Of a stretch of DNA of 64,000 nucleotides, positions 1-13,400 are shown one piece after another. Under the pieces are notes generated by a model. That model was not told the origin of the DNA and searched no databases. It saw nothing but the letters and a program-made list of their open reading frames with translations. The translations under genes were made by a program, and so were the position numbers. This stretch comes from Phaeosaccion multiseriatum (taxonomy: Eukaryota; Protista; Ochrophyta, other classes): contig OZ218951.1 in the NCBI GenBank assembly GCA_965112735.1, positions 1,116,001-1,180,000 on the forward strand, written 5' to 3'. Numbering within the stretch: position 1 is the stretch's first letter; each line of letters starts with the position of its first letter.

Positions 1-1954
1 TGCCTCTCAGCTCAATACCACGTGGTTCTCCACACCGGAGACCTGTCCGCAGATGGAATTCGCGTCAACGACAAGTTCTGCCCTACCCTGAAAGGGGTCC
101 GCAAAGACGTGGAGCATTCCGTCCAGTGGGAGAGGATGGAGAAGTCAGCGCGAGTTGAGAGTATGCGACAAAAGAATGCGGAGTTGGGCCTGAAACCCTC
201 CCTCGATCAGGTGGGGTGGAGTGGGGAGGAGTGGGATGGGACTCTTCTCTTTGGTGTCATGGACTTGCCGCTGGCTCACCACGACAACGCATCACCACCC
301 TCACTAAACCTTACCCCCTCTTTTCATGGCAGGACTTGAGAGAGTGCTTCATGAGCACGGTCTGCAACCAAGACAGACCAACCCCCTCGGGACTCGACGT
401 CAAAGCCGTCCAAGAAACCATGTGGTACACGGAAACCCACCTCCGCCTCCTGTATAGCCACGACGACGCCTATTTCGCCCGACTCGCAATGTCCGGCCTC
501 GCGCACGAGTTAGAGATGGTGCTGGTAGGGGGAGTGGGCGAGTCAAGCGAAGAGGAGGAGGGGGAGGAGGGTAACGATGGTGGTGGTGGTGGTGCTGCTG
601 CTGCAGCTGGTGGTACCAAGCTCGCAGTGTGGAGTGGAGACGAATTCACCCTCAGCCCCCTGCTGGCGCTGCTCCTTGGAGACGGGTACAGCGGGGCTTG
701 GCCGAGCTACGCCTCGCTCTTGCTCGTGGAGGTGAGTGCGTGTGTGTGTGTGCGTGTGTTTGCGTGTGTGTGCGTGTGTTTGCGTTTGTGTGTGTGTGGG
801 CGCGTGTGTGTGTGCGTTGTGTGCGTGTGTGTGCGTGTGTGTGTGTGTGCGTGTGTGTGCGCCCTCAGAGGGACACCGCTGAAGACTGACTTGACTGGCC
901 CACTCATTCGACTGTGTGTGCTTCCCGTTCTTTCCTCCCGACTTTCCCCTTCACACACGTCTGTGCTGTCTCTCTTGTCAATATGCTTCCTTCCTCCCTC
1001 TCCCCCCAGGTCTACAGCCGCCCCCCGGGGGTCTGGCTTGTGCGTGTGCTGTACAACGGCGAGGCGGTGCGACTGACAGGCTGCCAAGAAGAGGAGAGTG
1101 ATCTCTGTCCAGGTAAGGGAGGGGAGTGGGGAGGGGAGTGGAGGGGGGGTGAGGCAGGGGAAGGGTATGGTAGTGTAGGCCATTGTGATTGTATGGCTTG
1201 TGTACGTATGCTTTTGCGTGTGCGCCTTCTTCTCCTCCTCCTCATCTCCTCTTCCTCCGTCGTCGGTCCTTTCGAACCACGAAGCCGGCCTATTGCCCTT
1301 CATTTCACTGATCCCCATCCACTGCCATGCCCCTCCCCCTCCCCAATCTCCTCAGTCGATGTCCTCCTGGGCCTCCTTCGCTCATCTGCCTCTCTGCGGG
1401 GCGCTTGCCTACAGGCCGATGATGGTGACAGGGAAAGAGAAGAAGAAGAAGATGAAGAAGAAGAACCAACATCAGTAGAGGGGCCCATTGGAGGAGACGG
1501 GAGTGGAGAAGGGTCCTCGACGACGGTTGAGGAGGAGATGCTGCCTGCGCAGGCTGTGGACTACAGCTCCTACATTAGCGGGGCAGTCACAGCCAAGATC
1601 GTCGGGGCGATGCTTGTGCTCGGGTGGATAGCAGGGTTGGCTTGTGGTTGTAGGAGACTCAAGAGGGAGTACAAGCGCCAGTGGGAGCAACGGTCGTTTG
1701 AGAGTTACACGGCTGTGGGTAAGGAGATTAAGTCCGCCTTCTCTCCTTCTACGAGCTTAGGAGGAGGCAAGGGGCGACGCCCGAGCAAGTTTAGCATCCA
1801 TGGCCACAAAGACGACGAGGAGGAGAGCGAGGATGAGAGCGAAACGGAGGGGGTTTGGGAGGGAGGCGTAACCAATGGGACAGGCGAGAAGAACGACTCG
1901 GCCTCTTATGGGGCCGGCGGCAATGGCAGTAGGAGCTACCAAAACATGATGTAA
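1..1954 (+). CDS. Histidine acid phosphatase (branch 2)-like type I membrane protein, 5'-truncated by the window edge. Exons approx <1-210, 333-731, 1010-1112, 1356-1954
   Basis: Spliced peptide contains [16 protein letters not shown] (the SGHD position), [13 protein letters not shown] and [17 protein letters not shown], typical of the His-phosphatase C-terminus. It is followed by a TM helix ([17 protein letters not shown]) and a cytosolic tail. GT-AG junctions are phase-consistent. Confidence 0.7.
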
Positions 1955-2316
1955 AGTGTATTAGTTGTAGCTGCGAGACGATTTTTTTTTCTAATTTATA
2001 TGTACTAGTTAATGTGATTGTCTGTCGTGATGTGTGTCCATGCGACACTTGACGGACATTTTTCTTTTTTTCCCTTCATTTGCCACATACTACAGAAGGC
2101 AAATATGTGTCCCACCCCCCCTAGATTGTTCAGAAGGACGGTTTCCTCCTGAACTAAATGTTCTGTGGTCTGTCTGCCCCACAGGCCCCCCTACTTTTCT
2201 CGAACCCATGTCTCCCCTATTGTACTTGCGTGTTAATCGATGATGCCTTCCCGCCCTCCCGCCCTCCCTGCTTCCCTCCCCTCCCCTCCCCTCCCCCCCC
2301 CACTCACCCACTACTT

Positions 2317-5300
2317 CTACTCCTTCTCATACGCGCCCCCCAGCTTGCCCTGTGTGTTGTCATACGTTGGTGTGACGGTGGACAGATTGGAGGACATTCC
2401 GCTCCTCACACTCCCTGTGTCGTCATCCCTCATGTTGAGGTAGTTTCGAGACTGACTCTGCGTCAACTGCCCCAAATCCAACCCACTCACCACACCCACC
2501 ACACCCGCCCCGCCCGCGCCCGCACCAGACCCATCGCCATCTACTGCCATCTTAGCTCCCATGGCCCTCGCTCGCAAAAGACGCCCATCAGCCGAGAACC
2601 TTGCCTGAAGATCACCAGCCTCGTCCTCCGATTCCTGCGCGTCTTCCTCCTCCTCGTCCTCGCTCAGGGCTACAATGTCCATCTCACTTTCCTCCACATC
2701 TGAGACCCTTCTCTTGGATGCCTCCTGAATCGCTCCTCCTCCTTCTGCTGCAGCTGCCGTAGTATTGCCTGGCTTGTGCTGAGCCTGGCTGAGTAGTGGC
2801 AGCCCACGGAAAGGGGTTGCGGGGTCTCCTGCTCCTCCTCCCCGCCCCCCTGTCGAGGTCAACATCCTACCCTGATACAGCAAACCCTTGTCTGTTCCTA
2901 CTTCTCCTCCAGTCACTGCCGCCCTCCCTCCACCTCCTCCGCTCTCCTTCCCTTCAGCTCCGCCGGCGACGGCATCTTCAGCTGCCGCCGGTGCTGTGCC
3001 GCCCACCCCCGGTATCGACGCCCTTCGACTGCTCCCCTTCTTGAGCAAGTTCCCCAGGCCGCCCAACACCCCCACCCCTCTCCCACTCTTCACACCGCTT
3101 GACACTCCTCCTCCTCCTCCTCCTCCTCCTACTTCTTCTTTCCCCTCCTGTGGAGCCCCGCCAGAAACGCCAGGCGGCACCAGCAACTCTCGGCGACTCC
3201 CGAGGAGGCCTGACAATTTGCCACCCCCACCCCCTCCTCCAGCTCCACCCCTGCCTCCCTCTCCTCCTCCTGCCGTCTCCTTGCTCTTGGTCCCCTCAAC
3301 CCAATTCTCCTCCTCGGCCTCAGTATCATCATCGTCCGCATCATCATCATCACCATCATCAGCCCCATCGTCGTCAACTGTTGAGGCCGGAACCCCAGCA
3401 TTGGGGGGAGTGCGCAGATCAGACAGGAAGCGCCCCATCATCACGTCTCCTCCTCCTCCTCCTGCTGTATCACCAACTGGTAATCCTAGGGCGGAGTCCC
3501 CATCTGTGATACTCTCGTCGTTGTCCTCCTCCTCCTCCTCCTCCCCCGCCTTTCCTTCCCCGGGCGACGCCACGGACGCCCCCTCTTCCACCTTCGTTCG
3601 GCTGTGCACCCAAGCTCCCGCCATACTCTTGGCTCCGATACTTGCCACATCTGCCCCTCCCCCCTGCTGGGAGGGCCCTGACGTCGTGGACGACGGTGGC
3701 AATAGCACTGCTTCCACTGGTGGCAGTGCTGCATCGTCTCCACCTCCTCCCCCGTTCTCCGGGCCTTCCTCCACCCCTGGAGGCCGGCCCACGCCTCCCC
3801 CTCCCCCCGCTCCTTCTCCTCCTCCTCCTCCTCCTCCTTCTCCGCTTCCTCGCCCCTTCTCGCCAACGTCATTACCCTCGCCAACGTCCTTACCCTCGCC
3901 CCCGCCCTCCTCCTTGCCGAAGGGCCAAAGCCCCCTGGCCGAAACCCACCCCGCCCCATGCCAAGAGTCGGACAGGGGCGAGGACGACGAGCGGCAGCCA
4001 TCCCGAGTGGGAGAGAGAGATGTAGATCTGCTCAGTGGTCCAGAGGTGCTCGGGGGGAGTTCGCGGCGCGGGTTCGTCGTCGGTGCCGCACCAGCAGCAG
4101 CAGCAGCCGCAGCAGCAGCAGCAGCCGCAGTCGCAGTCGCCGCAGCAGTAGCTGCAGCAGTTGGTGATGCAACAGCTGCCGTGCTAGCATCGGCGGTGGG
4201 CGGCACAACAGCAGGAGAAGCAGGTGGTGACACCGCAGCGGGAGCAGGAGCAGCAGCAGCGGCGGCAGTAGTAGCAGCAGGAGCGGCGGCGGTAGCGGCA
4301 GTGGCCGCAGCAGCGGCGGCGGCGGCAGTAGCGGCAGTAGCAGCGACAGCAGTAGCAGCGGCTGCAGAAGCAGCATTTGCTTCAGCGACAGAAGCAGCGA
4401 GGTTCTGCATGGCAATGGTCCTTCCCCGCCCTTCTCGTCCTTCTTCATCTTCAGCAGACCGGCGCCTCTCCTCCTTCTCCTCCGTCTCTGCTGCGTGCTC
4501 CAGAGAGTCCAGAGAGGGTAGGTTGTTCCGACTGCCCATCCTCCTTCCTGATCCTGCTCCTCCTGCTCCTCCTTCTCCCTCCTCTTCAGCCACAAGTCGC
4601 AAACTCTCGTCGTCTCCCTCTCCATTGCCGTGCTCCAGTAGAGTGGGCGTCCCCGTGCTCCTTGCTACTGGCTCCCCTCCCCCACGCCCCAGCACAGTCG
4701 GTGCGAGCGTTTCCACCGTGGAACAAATCGACTCGGCCGCCCCGCCCCTCCCCTCCCCTGTGGTGGTGATCGGCGGTCCGCTCTTGTCATCCCCGGGGGG
4801 CGCAGCGGAGGTGACGACAGCGGTGGTGGGGAGAACATCCCTAGCAGAGGCAAGGTTCTGTGCCGCCAGAGACGCGAGAGAGACAACCTCCTCCTCCCCT
4901 TGTCGCTCTCCGCCTCCTTGGCTTGCTGCGGCCCTGTTTTGCGACCCCTCCGCGGAAGCAGCAGCAGCGGAAGGGACGCTCTCGACCCCACTCGACGAAT
5001 TCCTGTCTCGGTGAGAAGAAGGGTCGCTTGAGGAATTCCTGTCTCGGTGAGAAGAAGGGTCGCTTGAGGAATTCCTGTCTCGGTGAGAAGGGTAGCTCGC
5101 CCCGTCGCCTCCCCCTGAGACAGCCGACTCGGGGTACCCTTCCGCTTCCGCTGCCGAAGAGTCTGAGAACGGGCCGTGTGCGGCTCCGAGGAAGCCTGTG
5201 GGTGAGACGTTGGTTGGGATACAGAGGGGGGAGGGGAGAGTGAGGAAGGGGAGGGGGTGAGGGAGGGAGGTTCATGAGAAACAGCATCTAATGAATCAAT

Positions 5301-6550
5301 GTGTAAGATAAGCGATCCTCACGTAAACACACACAGGCTCTCTCTCTCTTACAAATACAAGTACATGACACACACACACTCACTCACTCACTCACTCACC
5401 TGTTGCGATGCTCTTTCGGAGGAGGTGGCAATTCTTCTTGAACAGAATGGGCCAAAACGAAACCCAAACCTCGCCCACTCGGCGCTCCACGAACCGCCGT
5501 AGCTCGGGGTCCTTCGGGTAGTCACCATTTGCGGCCTGCTGCTCGTCTTGCAGCTGCCGTACCACCAACTGATCCTCCTCCGAGTCTTCCAGATGCCACT
5601 CCTCTCGGTACGATGTACCTTCCGCGAGCTGTCGGTGCTGGCTCCGGTTGCTGGCGCTCAGCTGGGGAGGAGAGAAGGGGTCTTTGTTCGCACCCCCCCC
5701 CATGCTGTTACCCTGTCCGCCTCCATAGTCAAACGCCACCCTCTCCGTGGAGCAGCACCCGGTGCACGACGAGCAACACGAGCAGGTCAAGCACGCCGAC
5801 ATGGAGCAGTTGGTGATACAGCAGCCCGCCTTGGACCACCACTTGCCCCGTCGGATGAAGTAGGACGTGGACAGGAGCGCATCCAGGAATATGGGAAAGG
5901 CCAGACAAATGGCGACGAGCACCTCGATGAGCATGATGGCCAGGAAGGCATCCTCCCTGAACCCTTTTCGCTCTCGGTCTCCGTCGTTGTTCCTGTCGCC
6001 CAGGATGACCACAGAGAGGAGCAGCCCCACCACGGCGAGGTTGCCCAGAGCGGCCAGGCCTGTGTATGAGATTTGCAGTTGCATGCATTCATTAATAGGG
6101 GTTGGTCAGTTGGTTGTGTGTGTGTGTTTTGTCGCATTGATGGTTCTTGAAAATGTTTGACTACGGACAACAGAAAGGCAACAAACAGACAAACAACCTT
6201 TGGGCGTCTTTCTTTTCTCCCTCAGCTCCCTCTCCTCCGCGTACGTGAAATACTTCTCATTAAAGCACCAACTCCCTTCCCTTCCCTCCCTCCCTCCCTC
6301 CCTCCCTCCCTCCCTCCTCACTCACCTGCCCCGCAGTTGAGGGCCCTGTTGCAGAAAGGTGTGGACCTCACGAGTAGGCCGAAGTTGAGCAGCGCCACCC
6401 CTCCGAACACGCACAGCTGAGCGATGCCGTTGTCCACCAGGCCTAACAAGAAGGATGGCCAACAGCCGGTGCGTGTGTGTGTGCGTGGGCGTGTGCGTGA
6501 GGGAGGGGAGCGAGTAAGAGAATGAGGCTGGTGAATGAGAGTGGTTCACC

Positions 6551-6584
<34 letters not shown>

Positions 6585-9500
6585 GCAAAAAAACAAGAAA
6601 AAAACCGTTTTCAACCAATCACGCAAAACTCACCCGCAACCGCCGCCAACACCAGCATGGAGACCAAGCCGACACCCGCGTACACATAGCCCGTCGACGT
6701 GTAGTCCACGTAAAGCGGCTCCCCACCGATGCGCATGAGCTCCTGGGTACGTTGTTCCGTGGTGAGGCGGTTCTGCATGAGGTCGTTGAACGTTCGCTGC
6801 TGCTCCTTCATTGACGAAGTTGCCCGCTCGGTATCCGTGTGGTGGATGCTGCTGGGCGTGGTGTTTGTCGGGGAAGGCCCTCCCTCCAGCTCAGCCTCGT
6901 CATCATCATCGTCAAAATGGAAACTGCGATGCCCCCCCCCTCCTCCTCCTCCCTTCTCTCCTCCCGGGCGCTCTGCCAGCCCCCCTACAAAAGTTGACTC
7001 GTCGTCGTCGCCATCTGTCTGTGAATGTTGAGCTACAGAGGCGATGGTGTCTTCGTCTTCCAGTGCCCGAGCCGCCTCCCTCTCCCTTGCTTCGGCGTCC
7101 AGCATGTCGTCGAACAGAGCTTGCCGGGCCGCCATGCTCCTCTCGACTGTACCGCACATACATACGTTTACATACGTTTACATACGTATACATGCACACA
7201 TGAGAGGGGATGTGAGAGGCATGTTAGAGGTATAGAGGAACACGCACGCAAATACACACACCATGCGGGTTTCAGTTTAGTAGACCTTAAGCTAGACTCA
7301 ACAGAAGCCATCGGATGGACGGCAACTTACAGATGAAGGTGGCTTGCCAATTGCCCTTGTCGAAGCAGCTCAGGAAGCGCCCCTCTCCGTTGTGCGTGTC
7401 CAAGATTGACTGGCGACTGTGCAGAGAGAGAAGGAGAGGGTCAGAACGGGGGAGAGAGGGATACGCATGCGCATTTTACAGAGAGATGGCAAGGAAAGGA
7501 TCCGGGGCAGAGAAGACAAGAGAAGAGAGAGAGTGAGACGACGGCTTCCTCTTGGCCAACCAAGCAGCTAACAACAGACTGTATAAATTGAAGAAAAAAC
7601 ACACCAAAAAAACATCCAAAGGCAAACAGAAGTCCCTTCCTCTCACCCTCTCATCATTCACTCACATCTTCCCACCGACGCCTTGGGCCCTGGCTCCTCC
7701 GCGCCTGCCTGGGGGCTGCAGCTGACCAAAGCCAACGTGGCTCCGGCTGCTGCCACCGCTACCACCACTGCTGCTGCAGCTGTCGAGGAAGCTGCTCCTG
7801 GCCTTCTCCTCCGGCATGCCATCCGTCGGCCACCCTCCTCTTCCTCGCATGTTGTTGTGCACGTCGTCGCCACCTGTGTCTTGCTCCTCTTCCTCGTCCA
7901 TGGCGTACTCAATGTAGGCAATGGGGCTGTCCTCGCGGTTGAGAAACCTTGAAAAGAGGGTGAGCATAAAGACGATGAAGGGAAGGGCCACGAGCAGAAG
8001 GAGGGAAGCCCCTGCCGCCACAGCGTAGGGGCAATCCGTGCGCAGGCTGCGGAACTCTGCAGTGACCATGCCTGCGGTTGAGGGAAGAAAAGATTTGGTT
8101 GGGGTCAGGGTTGGGTAAAAGGTTAAAAGGGTTCAAGGTAAGGGTTGGGGTTCGGTTCAGCTCCTCGATGAAAAATATCCATCCATCCCCAATATCGACC
8201 TAAAGCTAAAGCCGATGGGTGTCAGGATCGGAGGTGTAAGGTTTTGAGGTACATATGGGATTACGTAAGGGTTTGAGTTGGTAGGGTGAAGGTCAGGTGT
8301 GACCACACACAAACCTGTGAAGAGGAAGAGCATGAAGAAGAGCTCGAGGTGGGGGTAGTACATCCAGCAGCTCGACTTGGACGCCTGGAACAGGTACGCG
8401 CTGCAGAAGGGGGGGGGAGGAAGGAGGAAGGAGGAAGGAGGAAGACCGAGGTTGGGGTGAAGTATGAGATGCGAACGGCAACGAAGACAACGAAGAAAGA
8501 GAGACTGATGAATTGAATGAATTGACCGGCTCTTTGAATGACTGACTGCCCTTCCTTCCTTCCTCGCTTCCTTCCTTCCTTCCTTCCTTCCTCTCAACTC
8601 ACCACAAGGGGCTGCGCAGTTCCCTCTCCAGTGTCTTGACCTCCCTCTTGGACAGCGGGGCCTCGGGCCCGGCAAGGGGGTCCCGCCTGCGCACACTCAC
8701 CACACCTCCCTCCACCCCAACCAAGCCGCTGTGGCTGCTGTGCCCTTGGCTGTGGCCTTGGCTGTGGCTGTGTCCACTCAGTTGAGGCGGTACGCTGCTG
8801 CTGTGGCCAGAGCTGCTGCCGTACACGCTTGAGGAGCCTGTGCCAGGGTGCTCGAGGACGATGCGGCGGAGAGCTTCCACGGGGCGCTCCTGTGAGTGTG
8901 ATGGATAGATTACCAACACGCGAAGGAGGAGGAGTGAGTTTTATATTTAAAGATGATGTCCAAGAGGCAATACATGCGTGTGTTGTGTGTGTTGTGTGTG
9001 TTGTGTGGGTGTGGGTGTGTGTGTGTGTGGCCGTGCTTACCTCCTCACTCCGGAGCTTGAGCAGCGAGGCCAGCTCGTCGTATTTCTGAGGGGAGGATGG
9101 AAGAACGAAAGGAAGAAAGGAAGTTGTTGAGAGGCAGGACAGGAGATCGCCAAGAATGCTTCCCCCTCCCCCTCTTTTCTTCTGCATGCCAGCCTGGTGT
9201 GTGTGTATGTGCAGCGACCAAACGAAACGAACCTCTCGAGTCGTCAGATGCTGCTGCAGCGACGACGGCACCAACGACACTTGAGACCTCGACGACACCG
9301 ACACGACAGACCGGTCCTCCTCTTTGGTTCCGATGCCTCCTTGCTGCCCCTCTTGCTGCTGCCGTATCACCAACTGTTGCGGCTGCTGCGGCAGTCGCTG
9401 CCCGCTCTGGCTGCTTGTGTTGTCTTTGTCGTCCTTCTCAACTCCGAGGGCCTCGAGCACTGCTCCGCGCCGTGCGAGCCAGCGAGCCTCCAGTGCTGCA

Positions 9501-10373
9501 GTGTTTGGGGTGTGTTGTTGGGTGTCAGGAGTCGGAATTTCTCTCTTTTTTTTATCTCTTTTCTCTCTCTCTCTCATCTCCCTCCCCTCCTTCTCTCTCT
9601 AGGGCTTACTCACCGGAGGCGATGGTGAGGTGAAGCAGCACAACAAGAAGAAGCGCTCCGAGCACAAGCACTGAGTTGCCCACGAGAAGCGCCACATTGC
9701 TGCTCCCACACCCCTCCTCGAAGCTCCCATCGGGACCTCCTAGGCGCCGCCCTTCACCACTCCGACTATCCCACTCGACGCCATCGCCCTGGTGATCCGA
9801 GAAGTGTGAGTAGGGCGAGTAGAGGATGCGATCGTTGTTGTTGTTGTTGTTGTTGTCGACAACGCTGCGCTTGGTGGTGTAGTCGGTCCTTCCGAAGGGA
9901 AGCAGCTCATAGGCCCACCACCAGACATTCACCCACGTGATCTCATCTGCAGGTACATGGATGAGCAGGCGTATGGGCACGGAGACCGGGCGAGATGACG
10001 GGAGGTTAACACTTGCACTCTACACCCACAACAAAACCTTCCTCCTCCTCCCCCTCCTCCTCCTCCTCCTCCTCACCAGTGAATGCACAAAAGTCTCTGG
10101 AGTGATCCTTCGTGGCCACAAAGAAGAGCAATGCCACGGCCTGAGCCTGCCCCAGCAGCAGCACTGCGAGAGAGGTGGAGGGGGCTCGAGCTCGGGCGTT
10201 GAAGAGGGATCCCGGCGTCTTGTGAACGAAGGAGAGGATGGCGGCCGCCAGCACTGCAAAGGCCACCACGGCGGAGTACATCTGAAACGTTTGTTTTCGT
10301 TTGTTTGTTTATTTGGAGAGGGAGGGGAGGGGAGAAGGGGGAAGGAGGGAGGGAGGTTACGCCGCGGACGTAT

Positions 10374-10407
<34 letters not shown>

Positions 10408-13400
10408 GTCCGAGACGCTTGCCCGTGGGCTTGGAGTCGATCGAAAGGGACCCCTCTCGATCGATAGGAGTGCCGTCTCTGATCTCCGTGTCGGGGAGGC
10501 ACTCCTCGTCCTCGTACACATCAATCACCTGCGGGTCAGATCCTGAAGAATGACGGGTGGGGCAGAGAGCGCGCGCGCGGGGGGGGGGGGGGGAGGGTGT
10601 ACAGAGACAGTGAGGAAAAGGAGGAGAGAGATAGATGGGTCACAGACGGCGGAAGGGACGGCGGTGCGCGTTGGCGTAAGCCCAACTTCTACAGGTACCC
10701 ACTCTCTCTCTCTCTCACTCTCTTCCCTTCCATCTCCTCCCCCCTCCAGCTCCACTCTCTCTCTCTCTCCCACTACCCCCACACGGGCCAGACTCCCTTC
10801 CTCCCTCACTCACCGTCAAAGGTGGCCAGCTCAAGCACTAAAGTGGCGTTGCTCTGCTCGACAACCGTCAGCCCGCTGTACAGAGGAGCGTCTGAAAAGA
10901 CCACTTCTGCACATCGCGTGCTGTAGTCGTCGCCCTCCATGAGTGCCAGGGACGACTCAAAGCTCGCGGCATTGTCTCTGAGGTAGGTGCGGAGTTGATC
11001 CTTGTCAGCAGCAAGAACTCCCTCCTCCTCCTCCTCCTCCTCCTCCTCTCCGTCTTGTTGGAGGCGGCGACCAGCAGCAGCTGGGAGGACCGAGCTCGCT
11101 GCTGAATTGGAGGGGCGTGAGGGAGGAGAAGGTATGATCAAGAGAGACAAGCCCTTTCAAAAATAAAATAAAATAAAATAAAAATGAGGGAGCAATACTA
11201 AAGCTTCTTCTTTCTCCTTCATTTTCTCCTTCCTCCTTTGCCAGTCCCACTTCAATTCGGCTCCTCCCTTCTTCCTCAATCGACTTGGGCTGCTGGCTGC
11301 CCCATACACTACACACATACACGCACGCGCACACACACCCACACACACACACACACACACGCGCACACACACGCACACTACTCTGCTCACCGGGAAGGGG
11401 CTGCGCCGAGAGCACCACAACGCCCTCGTCGTCCGTCAAGAGCACGTCCACAGCACAAGAGTCTCCTCTCTCCTGCCCCTGTGCCTCGCTGCTCTCCTTC
11501 ACCGTCACGTAGGGTGAGTCAGCATCTTCTCGCTCCACCTCACGCACAAACATTCGGGGTTCCGTTGTTAGGAGATCCAAGTCTTCGCCCTCCTCATTGA
11601 TGCCTGAGTGGTTAGAAGTGTATGGGGGGTGGGGGAGGGGATGATGTTAGAGGCATACGGTTGCGAGAGGAAAGGAGGCCGGAGGGTTGGGTGGATCGAT
11701 TTTGAAGCAATGTGAGGAGTGTACCGTCAGCAAGCAACAAAACAGGCACACAAACAACAAACAAACAACAACGAACCAACACAGGACATTGATTGGTTGG
11801 CAGAAACAACATGCACGCGGGTGAGGACCACATCACCCCCCCCCCCATTCCTTCTGCTTTGGTCAACTCACATGTGCACCCGTACTGAAGGGCCCTATTA
11901 TCGCTTAGGACAAGGCTCTCCTCCACGCACACGCGACGCTCGTCATCCCCCCCCCCCCCGGGCTCACGCGGAGCTGGCGAGGGGCTGGGGTTGGGGCCCG
12001 TCGTCACTCCGTCGCTTGGTGCAGGCGTTGGTGCACTGGTCGGCGCCAGAGTGGGGGCCAGAGTTGGAGCCAAGGTTGGCGTGGTGGTTGGTGTTGCTGT
12101 AGGGCTTGGAGTGGGGGTTGTGGTAGGTGCAGGAGTGGGCCCAAAGGTTGGGAGGTCGCATTCGCAGCAAGTGGCCCCGTTGGAGCAGAAGTATGCCGTA
12201 ATGTCCTCGCCATCTGTGAGTGGGTTGGGTGTTTTGGGTGTTACAAGAGAGCACGAGAGAGCAGGAGAGGGACAGAAATGAGTGGAGTGGAAGGCGCAGT
12301 GCGTGGTCAGGGCACTGGGCAGTGAGTGGGTAAGTTAGTTTTTTTTAAACCTTGGAAGAAATAAATTTAAAGCAACGGAGTTGGGGGGGGGGGGGGAGAA
12401 GAAAAACTTACAAGTTTGATATAAAATCGAGCCTGCCCTTCTCCACACACACACACACACGGGCGCACACACGTACAATATGCGCCGAGGTTCCACAGAT
12501 ACTCCTTCGAAGAAATGGTGTCTGTCACTTCCGAACACACGCCCTCCTCGGCAGGCTCCACCCCCTGGCGCTCGCACGTCTGGCTGCAGCGCGTCTCGCA
12601 GTTGTAGTCACACGGGTACGCCCACCACGAGTCGTCCTCCTCCGGGCCCTGTTGTGAAGATGTATAATAATAATTATTATTATTATACATTTATTATTAA
12701 ATGTATATAATAATCGCATTAGGGGGGGGGGTAGGGGGGTATGTACGGAGGAGGAGGAGAAGGAGGAGGGGGTAAGGGGTAGGGGGTAGTTTGGATTGGA
12801 GGGAAGACGTGTGAGGCGAGTGTTGCGAAAAAAAAATAATCATGGGGAGAGAGGGGAAGACAGCCTCAGTACAGCTAGGAAGACAAGCAGGGAGGAATGT
12901 GGCCAGGAAGAAAGGGACGGAGTCTCCTTACCCCCACCACCACCCGAAAGGTCCTGGGCACCTCTTTCTGGGCACCTCCGTATGGCGGTTGGTCGTAAGA
13001 CACAAAGGGGACATTTGCGCAGAGCGCTGGCAGCAGGACGCTGCGCTTAAAGGGGTAGAGCTGGATCAATGAGGGGGGGGCGAGGTACGCCCACTCATGA
13101 TGTGTGTCCATCAGTCAGTCGCAGCAGTCGCTGCACCGCGAGGAGGGCAACAAATGAAAAACAGTTGGTCTGTGTATGACAAGAGTAAGCCCACCCCACA
13201 CCCTCCTTCTTCACGTACCGTATCTTTGCTGTCCCGCACAATGCAGTGGCCCACCTCTGCCGGGCGGCACACGCAGCAGTCTCCCCCGCTAGCCTGGCAT
13301 CGGCCGTCGTGGTCCTCGAAGAGGAACTGTGACCAGGACAGGGACACCGACCCGACCTCCTCCTCTGGCTCCTCCACGAGGTTCTGCAGGGACTCACACT

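Noticed and set aside
2888-5014. 708-aa plus-strand ORF
   Set aside because: Antisense shadow of a GC-rich, low-complexity exon on the minus strand; no domain signal.
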